The position numbers and the translations under genes were made by a program. A stretch of 64,000 bases of DNA from Candidatus Poribacteria bacterium (GTDB taxonomy: Bacteria; Poribacteria; WGA-4E; WGA-3G). The notes beneath the pieces were generated by a model. The model saw only the letters and a list, made by a program, of their open reading frames with translations. It did not search any database and was not told the DNA's origin. Below are positions 8,951 to 19,270 of this stretch, one piece after another. Within the stretch, counting starts at the first letter, position 1; each line of letters starts with the position of its first letter. The stretch lies in NCBI GenBank assembly GCA_965214095.1, contig OZ243938.1:416001-480000 (forward strand), in the 5' to 3' direction.

Positions 8951-9922
8951 ATGAAATATCTGGTCACAGGCTGTGCTGGATTCATTGGTTGGAAAGTTAC
9001 CGAATTCCTTATAGCAGATGGACATACCGTTATAGGTATAGACAATATTAACGACGCTTATGATGTAACGGTAAAAAATTGGCGACTTGCACAACTTCAA
9101 GAGTTATCAGAATTCAATTTTCACAACGTAGATTTATGTGATCGTTCTGCTCTTGAACAGACATTTGAGGAATCTTTTGATGCTGTGATTAACCTTGCAG
9201 CACGTGCAGGTGTCCGTCAGTCTGTTGAAAATCCTTGGGTCTATATAGATACCAACATAACTGGCACTCTCAATTTACTTGAGTTGTGTCGTGCTAAAGA
9301 CATAAAGAAATTTGTTTTAGCATCCACATCCAGTTTGTATGGAGCGAAAAATCCCCTTCCGTTCAGCGAAGATGCCGACACTAACGGACCATTATCCCCC
9401 TATGCCGCCTCAAAAAAAGGCGCAGAAGCCCTCTGCCACAGTTATCACCATCTCTACGATTTAGATGTAACTATCTTCCGATTTTTTACTGTTTATGGAC
9501 CCGCAGGACGACCGGATATGAGTGCGTTCCGATTTGTTAAGTGGATAAGTGAGGGAGAACCTGTTATCGTATATGGAGATGGAAAGCAATCCTCTCGTGA
9601 TTATACCTATGTTGAAGATATTGCCCGCGGTGTTATAGCAGGTTTGAAACCACTCGGATATTCAGTCATTAACCTCGGTTCCGATAGTCCTATTGTCCTT
9701 ATTGATACGATTAGATTAATTGAAGAACTTGTTGGCAAGAAAGCGATTCTTTCACATCAACCTTTTCATCGTGCTGATGTGCGTGCAACATGGGCAAACA
9801 TCCAAAAAGCAAAGCAACTGTTGGGATGGCGACCAGAAGTAACATTCCGTGAAGGAATCACCGCACTTGTTGAGTGGTATCAAGAAAATCGAGATTGGGT
9901 AAAAGATATTCCTACCGGTTAA
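8951..9922 (+). CDS. NAD-dependent epimerase/dehydratase (UDP-glucuronate 4-epimerase-like)
   Basis: TGCAGFIG, LAARAGVR, YAASK, RFFTVYGP.GRPDM. Confidence 0.92.
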   Translation: MKYLVTGCAGFIGWKVTEFLIADGHTVIGIDNINDAYDVTVKNWRLAQLQELSEFNFHNVDLCDRSALEQTFEESFDAVINLAARAGVRQSVENPWVYIDTNITGTLNLLELCRAKDIKKFVLASTSSLYGAKNPLPFSEDADTNGPLSPYAASKKGAEALCHSYHHLYDLDVTIFRFFTVYGPAGRPDMSAFRFVKWISEGEPVIVYGDGKQSSRDYTYVEDIARGVIAGLKPLGYSVINLGSDSPIVLIDTIRLIEELVGKKAILSHQPFHRADVRATWANIQKAKQLLGWRPEVTFREGITALVEWYQENRDWVKDIPTG

Positions 9923-10026
9923 TCTATTGCTATGTTCATCACAAAAAGCAAGACATATTCATCACAAACCCCGTACTACAAATGATCTATGGGACACTCT
10001 AACATAATTTTCAAAACGATCTTGAT

Positions 10027-13000
10027 ATGAAATACTTCTATTCGTTATTCTTAGTCCTCTTCATTCTAATTTCTTGTAATCCAACTAATGACATCAATCG
10101 TAATGTTAAACGCGATTTAGCAATTACTGTCAGTACAGAGGTAGGAAAAGGAACGTATGACCATGTTGGGGAAGCAATAGGAAGAGTTCAAAGAACAGAT
10201 TCTTTTCTCTCTATATTAGTTCCATCATACCGACACGAACATTTTACACCTTGGTCTATGCTACTATTGTTCGCAAATATTGAAGGTGTCTTCTTCCATA
10301 ATCCATCAACAATTGAAGAATCTAATAAAAAATATGGAAATTGGAGAGGAAAGATATCAAAAACTACAAACGAAGGACATGAGGACATAACTGTAAAAGG
10401 AGGAACTTTTCCTCAGTGCCTAAAACAGAAAACGGTAGTGACTTTCAATGATGTCTATCACAATACAGAATTAAAAACTGCTTTGATAAATGGCACGCGA
10501 CACTTATGGTTCGCTGAGGGTGTCGGTATTGTGAAAATACGATATGAACACTCTAATGGTATCGTCACTGAAGCTGAATTGATTGATTACAAGATAGCAG
10601 ATAAGAGTGCGGATTATTTCCCACTAACATCTGGAACGACTTGGACATATCGTTGGCAGGATGACTTTTACAAACAACCACTTATAGACACAATAACAGT
10701 TGAACCCAGGAAACCACAACGGGAAGGGTATCCACTTAAAGTAGAAGTTACATCGGAAGACGGTGAAGAGATGGGATCCGGTAGTTTTGAAGTAACAAAA
10801 CATCGTATGTCTCTGGAATTAAGCTCGCGTGGTTCATCTTATGGTGGGAATCACAAAGGACGAGATTTAGTTCCAGGGTCAACAACTATATTTGATAGCC
10901 ATCTCAGTTCTATCTGGTCGAAACTACTTGAATATCCGTTTAGAATAGGCAACACATGGGAACAGGAAGGTATGTATTCTTCAACCGTTCAATCAACATT
11001 GGTTGGATATGAAACGGTTGAGATTGGCATTGGTAAGTTTCAAGAGTGTCTCAAACAGAAATCTGTAATATCAGGTGCAACTACAGACTCAAACGCAAAC
11101 GAGGATACACTTCAACGGATTGCTATGATAAACGGGACACGTTATATTTGGTATGCAAAAGGCATCGGAATCGTGAAAATGGTATATGAGCATTCTAACG
11201 GTGTTATCACTGAAGCGGAATTAGCTGAATTTGTGGTGCCAGAAAAAAGCAATGAGTACTTTCCTCTGGACCTTGATACTACTTGGACTTATACATGGCA
11301 GAACGACTACCATAAAGCACCGATGACTGAAAAAGTTCGAGTAGTTGAGGAAGGAAGCGGACATGAAACGCAACTTAAAAAAGCACACTATGTAGTCAAT
11401 GTATCTGCTGACAAACCAGGAGAAGCACATATAGAATGTAAATTTACAACAGAAGAGGTTACAGGTAACAAAATCAGACCACGTCCCAGTTCAGACGATG
11501 CTTATATTATCGGTCATACAATAAAGATGGAAGATTCCACTAAAAGAAGAGCAAGCAAATCGGGTGGGGCTGGTAGTTGGGATTTCAAATTTAGAGACGG
11601 ATATTCATCTCCACTCACAATGACCTATGATGTTTCAATAGAGCACGCACAACGGATTAGAACATTTAGAGAAAATCAAGGTTGGCCACAACATCTCAGG
11701 TACCAGACAATGGAACCTGACCACAAGCAAGATAGAACATTTTGGACAGGAAAAGCACTATTTATGGTTGGTGGGACGAGCCGTGATATTAGAGTTTCGT
11801 TTAACATTCCGAAAGGATGGCTTGTCTCAACACCGTGGAAAAGTATTAGTAGAGGCAACGAAAGATTCTCTGTATCCAATCAATCTGAATTAATCAGTTC
11901 CTTAATACTCATTGGACAACACAGTGAGTTAATCGCAAGATCGGGAAAGTCAAAAGTTACACTTGCTATTGCTGGTGAAATCCAACCTCATGAAAATACG
12001 ATACATGATACCGTTGAAAAATATCTAAATACATATCTAAAAATACTTAAGGGTGGACCTGATGAAAACGTCCTATTTATTATCAATCCGTATGAGACAC
12101 ATGATCAAAATGGGTCAGAAGGTCGGGGCATCACTCGGAGTGTAAGTATACTTATGGATAATTGGTTGGATGAAACAAATAGACATTTGTGGGGACCATT
12201 CCTTGGTCATGAAGTGTTTCATATTTGGAATGGACTTACTGCATTACAAGCATTTAGTGGGCATGAACATTGGTTCGTTGAAGGTGTTACTGACTACTAT
12301 TCTGACATGGCTTCACTTCATCTGGGATACCTTACAGAACGCGAATACTTGAATAGAATCGAAGCTGCTTGTGAAAATTACCTATCCGTTTCAAATGAAT
12401 ATGCTATAGGAGATGCAAGAGACACCCGACTGAGTTATGATGGTGGCAGGCTAATCGCTTTGGCATTGGATCACGAGATCCGCGAACATAAGAAAAACAG
12501 GAAAAGTTTAGATAACGTCATGCAGCTAATGTATAAGCAGTTTGACGATATTGATGTAGAATACACACAGAGCGACATCATTAAAATAACTAATAAAGTA
12601 TCGGGAGACGATTTCCTGCCATTTTTTCAAGAATATGTTGAGGGAAAGGCACGACTTCCACTCACTGACTATTTTGGGAAAGCAGGTTTGGACTTGCAGG
12701 TAACTTCTGAAGAACTACCAACGTCCCAATATGTGATGAATGTCCTAAAGTCAAGTTTAAGTCAAAATACAAATGTTGAAGTGGTTGGAATCAATGGTTC
12801 ACGAATTGGAAACATGAAAGAACTGAGAAAAATCGCCAAACACTGGAAATCAGGGGAAGTAATAACACTGTTGTATGAAGAGAAAGGTAAAGCAGTTACG
12901 AATACGACTACATTGAAAGGTGTTTCTGAAACACCACCGACAGAGAATGAGATAGTTGTTCATATTATTGAAAAACCCGATAAGACTAAGTTACAACGGG

Positions 13001-13032
13001 CAATATTATCAGATATATTAGGTAGAAATTAA
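10027..13032 (+). CDS. Lipoprotein with duplicated N-terminal modules, M61-like zinc metallopeptidase and PDZ-like C-terminus
   Basis: Lipobox LISC; HEVFHIWN...EGVTDYY gluzincin motif; repeated GTRxxWxAxGxGIVKxxYEHSNG...YFPL...TWTY module. Confidence 0.75.
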   Translation: MKYFYSLFLVLFILISCNPTNDINRNVKRDLAITVSTEVGKGTYDHVGEAIGRVQRTDSFLSILVPSYRHEHFTPWSMLLLFANIEGVFFHNPSTIEESNKKYGNWRGKISKTTNEGHEDITVKGGTFPQCLKQKTVVTFNDVYHNTELKTALINGTRHLWFAEGVGIVKIRYEHSNGIVTEAELIDYKIADKSADYFPLTSGTTWTYRWQDDFYKQPLIDTITVEPRKPQREGYPLKVEVTSEDGEEMGSGSFEVTKHRMSLELSSRGSSYGGNHKGRDLVPGSTTIFDSHLSSIWSKLLEYPFRIGNTWEQEGMYSSTVQSTLVGYETVEIGIGKFQECLKQKSVISGATTDSNANEDTLQRIAMINGTRYIWYAKGIGIVKMVYEHSNGVITEAELAEFVVPEKSNEYFPLDLDTTWTYTWQNDYHKAPMTEKVRVVEEGSGHETQLKKAHYVVNVSADKPGEAHIECKFTTEEVTGNKIRPRPSSDDAYIIGHTIKMEDSTKRRASKSGGAGSWDFKFRDGYSSPLTMTYDVSIEHAQRIRTFRENQGWPQHLRYQTMEPDHKQDRTFWTGKALFMVGGTSRDIRVSFNIPKGWLVSTPWKSISRGNERFSVSNQSELISSLILIGQHSELIARSGKSKVTLAIAGEIQPHENTIHDTVEKYLNTYLKILKGGPDENVLFIINPYETHDQNGSEGRGITRSVSILMDNWLDETNRHLWGPFLGHEVFHIWNGLTALQAFSGHEHWFVEGVTDYYSDMASLHLGYLTEREYLNRIEAACENYLSVSNEYAIGDARDTRLSYDGGRLIALALDHEIREHKKNRKSLDNVMQLMYKQFDDIDVEYTQSDIIKITNKVSGDDFLPFFQEYVEGKARLPLTDYFGKAGLDLQVTSEELPTSQYVMNVLKSSLSQNTNVEVVGINGSRIGNMKELRKIAKHWKSGEVITLLYEEKGKAVTNTTTLKGVSETPPTENEIVVHIIEKPDKTKLQRAILSDILGRN

Positions 13033-13094
13033 TTGCTGTCAAAATTGAAAACCTGTGTTACCGACAAACGACAAACCATTTTCGTTTTCACACA

Positions 13095-13949
13095 TCAATC
13101 AAGTTGAGGGTCAAGTGCGTCACGTAAGGCATCACCAAGTAGATTGAACCCTAAAACAACAAGGAAAATAGCGACACCGGGTGCAGTAACTGCCAATGGG
13201 GCTTTGTGAATAAATTTTGTGTTTTCATTGAGCATCGCACCCCATTCTGGAACACCTATCTCCGCACCAAGTCCAAGAAAACTCAATCCAGCCGCATCTA
13301 AAATCGCAGCACCGATACCTAAAGTTGCTTGCACAATCAACGGAGCAATGCAGTTAGGCAATACAGTAGTTACCAAAATTCGTCCATCACTCGCACCGAT
13401 TACCTTCGCAGACGTGACATAATCTAACTCACGCACTTTGAGAACCGATGCACGTAAAATGCGTGCATACTGAGGAATATAGACAATAGAGACTGCGATA
13501 ATCGCATTCGTAAGACTTTGACCCAGAATCGTGACAATCACCATTGCAAGTAGGATACTTGGCATTGCCAATAACATATCCATCAAACGCATTATGCTGT
13601 TATCCAACCATCCTCCATAGTATCCAGCAATTGCTCCAAACAAAGTGCCAAACCCAAGTGAAAAGGTCATTGCGATAAAGCCTACTTTCAGGGATATACG
13701 CGATCCGTAAAGCACACGGCTAAATATATCCCTTCCTGCACCATCTGTTCCAAGTAGGTGTTCACCTGACCATACAATTAAACGATTTTCAACATCTGTA
13801 GCCTTCGGTTTGTGTGTTGCAATTTGTGGTGCAAGAATAGCGATTACAAAGAAAAAAAGTATAATAGATGCACCAATTGTTGCTGAACGATGACGTAGCA
13901 GTTTGCGTAATACATTAGGTTGACCAGTAGGTATTGGATGTGTGTTCAT
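13095..13949 (-). CDS. dppC: Dipeptide/oligopeptide ABC transporter permease (DppC/OppC)
   Basis: HLLGTDGAGRDIFSR, LSFLGLG, PEWGAML, FNLLGDALRDALDP. Confidence 0.9.
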   Translation of the reverse strand: MNTHPIPTGQPNVLRKLLRHRSATIGASIILFFFVIAILAPQIATHKPKATDVENRLIVWSGEHLLGTDGAGRDIFSRVLYGSRISLKVGFIAMTFSLGFGTLFGAIAGYYGGWLDNSIMRLMDMLLAMPSILLAMVIVTILGQSLTNAIIAVSIVYIPQYARILRASVLKVRELDYVTSAKVIGASDGRILVTTVLPNCIAPLIVQATLGIGAAILDAAGLSFLGLGAEIGVPEWGAMLNENTKFIHKAPLAVTAPGVAIFLVVLGFNLLGDALRDALDPQLD

Positions 13950-14968
13950 ACCGCTTCATCCCCTACTCTGATACGCGGATCAAAATAGGCATATAATAGA
14001 TCCACAATAAGATTGACGAACATAAACAGCGCAGAAACAAATAGGACACCACCTTGCACCGCACGTACGTCACGTGATTCAACCGCATCGCGCAACCATG
14101 AACCCAGACCAGGCCATGAAAAGATATGTTCTGTTAGAATTGCACCTCCCATTAAATAACCGAATTCAAGTCCTATAACCGTAAGAACTGGTACCATGCT
14201 ATTTTTTAACGCATGTTTGATAATAACTCTCCATTTGGATAATCCCTTCGCATAAGCAGTGGTAATATACGGTTGATTCAACACTTCAAGAATACTTGAA
14301 CGTGTCATACGAGCAATAATGGCTAAAGGAATTGTTCCTAATGTTATAGCTGGAAGGATTAGGTGGGAAACTGCACTCTTAAATGCTGTAAAGTTCGTTG
14401 CAAGCAATGTATCTATTAGGTAAAAACCAGTATGGGTTTCAATATCCAAACTCAAGACAGTGTCTAATCGTCCGGTTGCAGGTAATATGCCTAAAATATG
14501 TGAAAATAGTAGGATCAACATCAATCCTAACCAAAATATAGGCATTGAAATTCCAGCAAGGGATACCGACATGGAAAAATAGTCCCAGAACCTACCACGA
14601 AAGACAGCAGCGATGATACCTGCAGTAATGCCGAAAACTATTGAGAATATCATCGCAGCAAGTGTTAATTCTGCTGTTGCGGGAAAATATCTCCTAATTT
14701 CGTCAACAACGGGTTCTTTTGTTTTAAAGGAGTTCCCTAAGTCAAGGTGGAGGAGGTCCCATAAGAATTTTCCGTATTGGTAATAAAGCGGTTTGTCAAG
14801 TCCAATATCCTCTCGGATTTGTTCTAACACTTCTTGCGTGGCGCGTTCTCCAGCGATTGTGAGAGCCGCATCACCCGGAATAAGATGTACCATCAAAAAT
14901 ACAAGGATAGAAACTCCAAGAAGTGACAATCCGATGGAGAGAAATCGTTGAACTAAATAGGAGAGCAA
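13946..14968 (-). CDS. dppB: Dipeptide/oligopeptide ABC transporter permease (DppB/OppB)
   Basis: GLDKPLYYQY, HLILPAITL, ARMTRSS, KHALKN, DPRIR. Confidence 0.9.
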   Translation of the reverse strand: MLSYLVQRFLSIGLSLLGVSILVFLMVHLIPGDAALTIAGERATQEVLEQIREDIGLDKPLYYQYGKFLWDLLHLDLGNSFKTKEPVVDEIRRYFPATAELTLAAMIFSIVFGITAGIIAAVFRGRFWDYFSMSVSLAGISMPIFWLGLMLILLFSHILGILPATGRLDTVLSLDIETHTGFYLIDTLLATNFTAFKSAVSHLILPAITLGTIPLAIIARMTRSSILEVLNQPYITTAYAKGLSKWRVIIKHALKNSMVPVLTVIGLEFGYLMGGAILTEHIFSWPGLGSWLRDAVESRDVRAVQGGVLFVSALFMFVNLIVDLLYAYFDPRIRVGDEAV

Positions 14969-15025
14969 TATTCAAGCCTCATACTGCATAAGATAATGAG
15001 TTGACCAGAAAAAATAGGAGTGAAA

Positions 15026-15859
15026 TTAGAAAAATGGGTTGTGTGACTTTTCTTCTCCAACAGTTGTCGTAGGACCGTGTCCAGGGAATAGTCTCACATC
15101 ATCAGGTAAAGAAAGAATATTATCGCGGACACTATCTATTTCATCTTGAAGAGATATGTTAGGTCCACCAACTGAACCTGCGAAAATCGCATCTCCTACG
15201 AAAGCAGCAGTATGTGTATGAAAACTACATCCACCTGGCGTATGTCCCGGAGTATCAAGGACTGACACCTTCAGTTCACCGACATTCACAACATCAGAAT
15301 GTGCAAGTAGTTGCAACTTACCAGCACTTTTAGGTTTCGGTTCTTCTCTATGAATGTACGTTGTGCATCCCGTTGCACTTTGCAGTCTTGGTAACCCATC
15401 AGTATGGTCACTGTGTGAGTGTGTCAATAGAATAGCAGTAGGATTAACCTTATGCTTGCCTAACTCCCGCAAAATCAGATCAGGACTTGCAGCAGTATCA
15501 ATGATGGCAGCATTATTAGTAGCTTTACATATCAGTAGGTATGCATTAACAGGCCATCCACCAACAGGTGCACTCACTGCAATCACATCAAGTACATCAT
15601 TATCAAATTGTTGAACAGGTTCTGGTTCCCATTCTTCATTCGCAATTGAGAGTAGCTTTGCACCATCAAGATTGAGTACTTCTGCAAGTTTATATACTTG
15701 CACTTCAGTCGGTTTTAAGGTATACTGTTCCATACTGGATAAGTCTGATTCTGATAGACCCGCTGCAGTGGCAGTTTCTTTCTGAGACAGGTTTTGTCCA
15801 CGACGAGCTTTACCAATTATGTCACCAAATTCGTCTTCAAGTGAATAAGCCATATTCAT
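15026..15859 (-). CDS. XRE-type HTH fused to metallo-beta-lactamase-fold hydrolase
   Basis: N-terminal KARRGQNLSQKETA HTH; THSHSDH, GHTPG, GD, PGHG motifs. Confidence 0.85.
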   Translation of the reverse strand: MNMAYSLEDEFGDIIGKARRGQNLSQKETATAAGLSESDLSSMEQYTLKPTEVQVYKLAEVLNLDGAKLLSIANEEWEPEPVQQFDNDVLDVIAVSAPVGGWPVNAYLLICKATNNAAIIDTAASPDLILRELGKHKVNPTAILLTHSHSDHTDGLPRLQSATGCTTYIHREEPKPKSAGKLQLLAHSDVVNVGELKVSVLDTPGHTPGGCSFHTHTAAFVGDAIFAGSVGGPNISLQDEIDSVRDNILSLPDDVRLFPGHGPTTTVGEEKSHNPFF

Positions 15860-15948
15860 ATTCTCCTTTATCGTGTAGTGTGGAAAATTATAGCAAAAAA
15901 ACAGGTGTAGTGCAATCCAAATAACACATAAGCAACAGGAGTCGTCAA

Positions 15949-16524
15949 ATGCAGACTCATTTAAACAGTAACTCAGACCAAACAGATGTATCCATCAATC
16001 TAATAGATTCTGATATGACATTTGAGGAATTTTTTGACAGTGATATTAAGGGGTACGAATTTGTTAATGGAGAATTGAAACAGATGTCACCACCAACAAT
16101 GGAGCATGGTGAAATTAGCATGGGTCTCACTTTGCCTTTAGGGACTTATATTCGTGATAAACAGTTAGGTCGTCTGTATCCTGCAGATACAACTTTTAAT
16201 TTAGGAGATAGACTAGTAAAACCAGATCTTGCGTATGTTTCAAATGAACGGTTGCCAGATAATAGACGACAAGGGGCACCCATTCCTCCTGATTTAGCTG
16301 TTGAAGTGACTTCACCATCAGATTCTCAATATGATATAATAGAAAAAGCACTTGCATATTTGGAAGCAGGAACACGACTTGTGTGGGTGATAGAACCCAT
16401 AGCACAGACAGTAACAGTATACCGATCAAAATCGGATATAAAGATGCTTACACATAAGGATATTCTTACTGGTGAAGATGTGGTTGAAGGGTTCTCATGT
16501 CCGGTTGCGAAACTTTTTGAATAG
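15949..16524 (+). CDS. Uma2-family PD-(D/E)xK endonuclease-fold protein (tandem copy 1)
   Basis: YEFVNGEL..M, KPDLAYV, PDLAVEVTSP, YLEAGTRLVWVIEP. Confidence 0.9.
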   Translation: MQTHLNSNSDQTDVSINLIDSDMTFEEFFDSDIKGYEFVNGELKQMSPPTMEHGEISMGLTLPLGTYIRDKQLGRLYPADTTFNLGDRLVKPDLAYVSNERLPDNRRQGAPIPPDLAVEVTSPSDSQYDIIEKALAYLEAGTRLVWVIEPIAQTVTVYRSKSDIKMLTHKDILTGEDVVEGFSCPVAKLFE

Positions 16525-16542
16525 AAATGCGGAGGAATAAAT

Positions 16543-17112
16543 ATGAATTCACATAACTCAAGCGTATTCTCACAAGATGATATGCTACCAGAAAATATCA
16601 CTATGACATTGGAAGAATTCTTGGAGAGTGATTTTGAGGGATATGAATACGTTAAAGGAGAAGTCATACAGATGCCAGCTGCATCGTTGGAACACGGCAT
16701 TATTTGCGCTAAAGTCTTTTTGCATTTGGGTACGCATGTGCAGGAACATCAACTCGGGATAGTTGTTACACCAGACACAGGATTCCAGGTTGGTGAACGG
16801 GTGTTAAAACCAGATGTTGCATTTCTTTTTAGAGATTGTATTCCAGATAACCTGAGTAGAGCGTGTCCTGTTCCACCAAACCTTGCTGTTGAGGTTATTT
16901 CCCAGACTGATTACTCAAGACGTATCATTGAAAAAGCATTTGCTTATCTGGAAGCTGGTACACAGATGGTTTGGGTATTTGAACCACTCGGGAAAACCGT
17001 GACGGTATATCGTTCGGAAACAGACATTGAGTTACTCACACGGAAAGACACTCTCACTGGTGAAGATGTGGTTGAAGGTTTTTCATGCCCGATAGCACAA
17101 CTTTTTGAATAA
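16543..17112 (+). CDS. Uma2-family endonuclease-fold protein (tandem copy 2)
   Basis: KPDVAF, PNLAVEVIS, YLEAGTQMVWV. Confidence 0.9.
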   Translation: MNSHNSSVFSQDDMLPENITMTLEEFLESDFEGYEYVKGEVIQMPAASLEHGIICAKVFLHLGTHVQEHQLGIVVTPDTGFQVGERVLKPDVAFLFRDCIPDNLSRACPVPPNLAVEVISQTDYSRRIIEKAFAYLEAGTQMVWVFEPLGKTVTVYRSETDIELLTRKDTLTGEDVVEGFSCPIAQLFE

Positions 17113-17124
17113 GACAGAGACACT

Positions 17125-17718
17125 ATGCAAAAATGTGGAGGAATGAAAGTGAACTCACAAAACATAATCGAACATGACCATAGCACTCCTTTACCAGATA
17201 ACTTCACTGTAACATTGGAAGAATTTTTTGAAAATGATATTGAGGGTTATGAATACATAGATGGAGAATTAGTTCCAATGGCTGCAGCCGTAATTTTACA
17301 TGGGAAAATAAGTGTCAGAGTAATTCGGTATTTGGACCCTTTTGTTGACAAAAACCAATTAGGTGAAGTATACACAGCCGAAACTTCATTTCTCGTAGGT
17401 GAACGTGTAATGAAACCAGATGTTGCGTACGTGGCAGCATCACGTGTTCCAGAAGATGAAACAAAAGGGTTCCCAATACCACCTGATCTTGCAGTTGAAG
17501 TTATTTCGCCATCAGATATATTTTGGAACGTATATGAAAAAACACTCGCATATTTAGAATCAGGAACGCGACTTGTTTGGGTGATTGAACCCGTAGCACA
17601 GACAGTAACCGTATTCCGATCAAAAACAAATATAAAGACACTCACACAAAATGATATTCTTACTGGTGAAGATGTTGTTGAAGGGTTCTCATGTCCGGTT
17701 ACGAAACTTTTTGAATAA
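17125..17718 (+). CDS. Uma2-family endonuclease-fold protein (tandem copy 3); true start probably GTG 17149
   Basis: KPDVAYV, PDLAVEVISP; leader GGAGGAATGAAAGTGAACTCACA mirrors the copy 2 leader. Confidence 0.9.
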   Translation: MQKCGGMKVNSQNIIEHDHSTPLPDNFTVTLEEFFENDIEGYEYIDGELVPMAAAVILHGKISVRVIRYLDPFVDKNQLGEVYTAETSFLVGERVMKPDVAYVAASRVPEDETKGFPIPPDLAVEVISPSDIFWNVYEKTLAYLESGTRLVWVIEPVAQTVTVFRSKTNIKTLTQNDILTGEDVVEGFSCPVTKLFE

Positions 17719-17727
17719 GGAGAATTT

Positions 17728-18486
17728 ATGAAACTTGGTTTAGTAACATATAATATGGCAAAAGATTGGGATATTCCTACAATTATTAAGAACTGTTCGG
17801 AGACAGGTTTTGAAGGTGTAGAATTACGTACAACCCATGCACACGGTGTTGAAGTTAGTCTCTCTTCAAATGAACGAACAGATGTGAAAAAGCAGTTCGA
17901 AGATTCCCCAATTGAACTGGCAGGATTGGGATCTGCTTTTGACTATCATTCAACGGATCAGGATGCAGTTCAGAAAAATATAGATGGAACAAAAGAATAC
18001 TCTCAATTGGCAGCAGATGTTGGAGCACCGGGAGTTAAGGTGCGTCCCAATGGGCTGCCAAGTGAAGTTCCTGTAGAAAAAACCTTAGAACAAATAGGAT
18101 TAGCATTACGTGAATGTGGTGAATTTGCTGATGACATCGGAGTGCAAATACGTTTAGAAGTCCACGGCGGTGGAACTTCTGAACTCAGACACATCCGCAC
18201 AATTATTGATGTTGCTGACCATGACAATGTGTATGTGTGTTGGAACTCTAACTTCGGGGAAGTCGAAGATGGATCAATACAGAAAAACTTCAACTATGTC
18301 AAAGGTAAAATCGGATTGGTTCACATTACAGAATTACATCGTAAAGAATACCCTTGGCGTGAACTATTTACCTCACTGAAAGAGTCTGGATATAATGGCT
18401 ATACTTTGGCAGAAATTGCTGGAAGTTCTGATCCTGTAAGAGTGATGAATTTCTATAGAGCACTATGGGAAGAATATAACAGATAA
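17728..18486 (+). CDS. Sugar phosphate isomerase/epimerase (xylose isomerase-like TIM barrel)
   Basis: GFEGVELR, RLEVHG, VHITEL, YTLAEI. Confidence 0.85.
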   Translation: MKLGLVTYNMAKDWDIPTIIKNCSETGFEGVELRTTHAHGVEVSLSSNERTDVKKQFEDSPIELAGLGSAFDYHSTDQDAVQKNIDGTKEYSQLAADVGAPGVKVRPNGLPSEVPVEKTLEQIGLALRECGEFADDIGVQIRLEVHGGGTSELRHIRTIIDVADHDNVYVCWNSNFGEVEDGSIQKNFNYVKGKIGLVHITELHRKEYPWRELFTSLKESGYNGYTLAEIAGSSDPVRVMNFYRALWEEYNR

Positions 18487-18506
18487 TTACAAAGGAGAAC
18501 ATTAGA

Positions 18507-19265
18507 ATGAGACACTTATCACTTCTTTTGCTTTGTTTTTCCTCAATTATGATAATCTCAACTACTGCTATTGATGCTGCAATCGATCCTGATTCCATTG
18601 TTGGCATCTGGCTTCTTGACGAAGGACAAGGTAATGAAATCAAAGATACATCTGTTAACGGTAATGATGGAGAAATCCACGGTGCCAAATGGACAGATGG
18701 AAAAATCGGAAAAGGTTTAGAATTTAATGGTGCTAATCGGGCTGAAATACCCGGTAGCAATACAATTGATGATTATCTTAACGGTTTCACTTATCTTCTA
18801 TGGGTAAAACCAACTGGAAATCCACCAAATGCAAATACACGTGTTATTGAACATGATTGGCATAATCCTACAATACAGCCAAATGATTATTACGCAAGTA
18901 TTGCAGCCAACGCGGACCAAGCACAAACGAACGTACGAGGTGGTACCTGGGTGATGGATGAGTGGAATTTTGTTGCAATGACCTATGATGGGAATACCCT
19001 CAAATTGTTTGTAGATGGAGAATTTGTAGGTGAAAAGGCAGTTGGGAAACCTGATGAGAAATTGGGTGCTGAAATACGACTTGGGTCTTGGAGAGATCCG
19101 GGTTGGAGCTTTATCGGTGTCCTTGATGAGGTCGCTGTTTTCAACGAACCACTTTCAGATGATGATCTAAATCAAATCAGGAACAACGGTTTGGAAGAAG
19201 CACTGTCTGTCTCTCCTACAGAAAAAATGACAACTACATGGGCACGGATAAAAGGACTTAGATAA
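18507..19265 (+). CDS. Secreted LamG (concanavalin A-like) domain protein with C-terminal TTTWARIK motif
   Basis: Signal peptide; VGIWLLDEG, GKIGKGLEFNG, WNFVAMTYDG, GVLDEVAVFN; ends LSVSPTEKMTTTWARIKGLR. Confidence 0.88.
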   Translation: MRHLSLLLLCFSSIMIISTTAIDAAIDPDSIVGIWLLDEGQGNEIKDTSVNGNDGEIHGAKWTDGKIGKGLEFNGANRAEIPGSNTIDDYLNGFTYLLWVKPTGNPPNANTRVIEHDWHNPTIQPNDYYASIAANADQAQTNVRGGTWVMDEWNFVAMTYDGNTLKLFVDGEFVGEKAVGKPDEKLGAEIRLGSWRDPGWSFIGVLDEVAVFNEPLSDDDLNQIRNNGLEEALSVSPTEKMTTTWARIKGLR

Positions 19266-19270
19266 AAGGC

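Noticed and set aside
15949-17718. Diversity-generating retroelement (TR/VR pair) in the Uma2 array
   Set aside because: No reverse transcriptase, all copies are full genes, and differences are not adenine-specific
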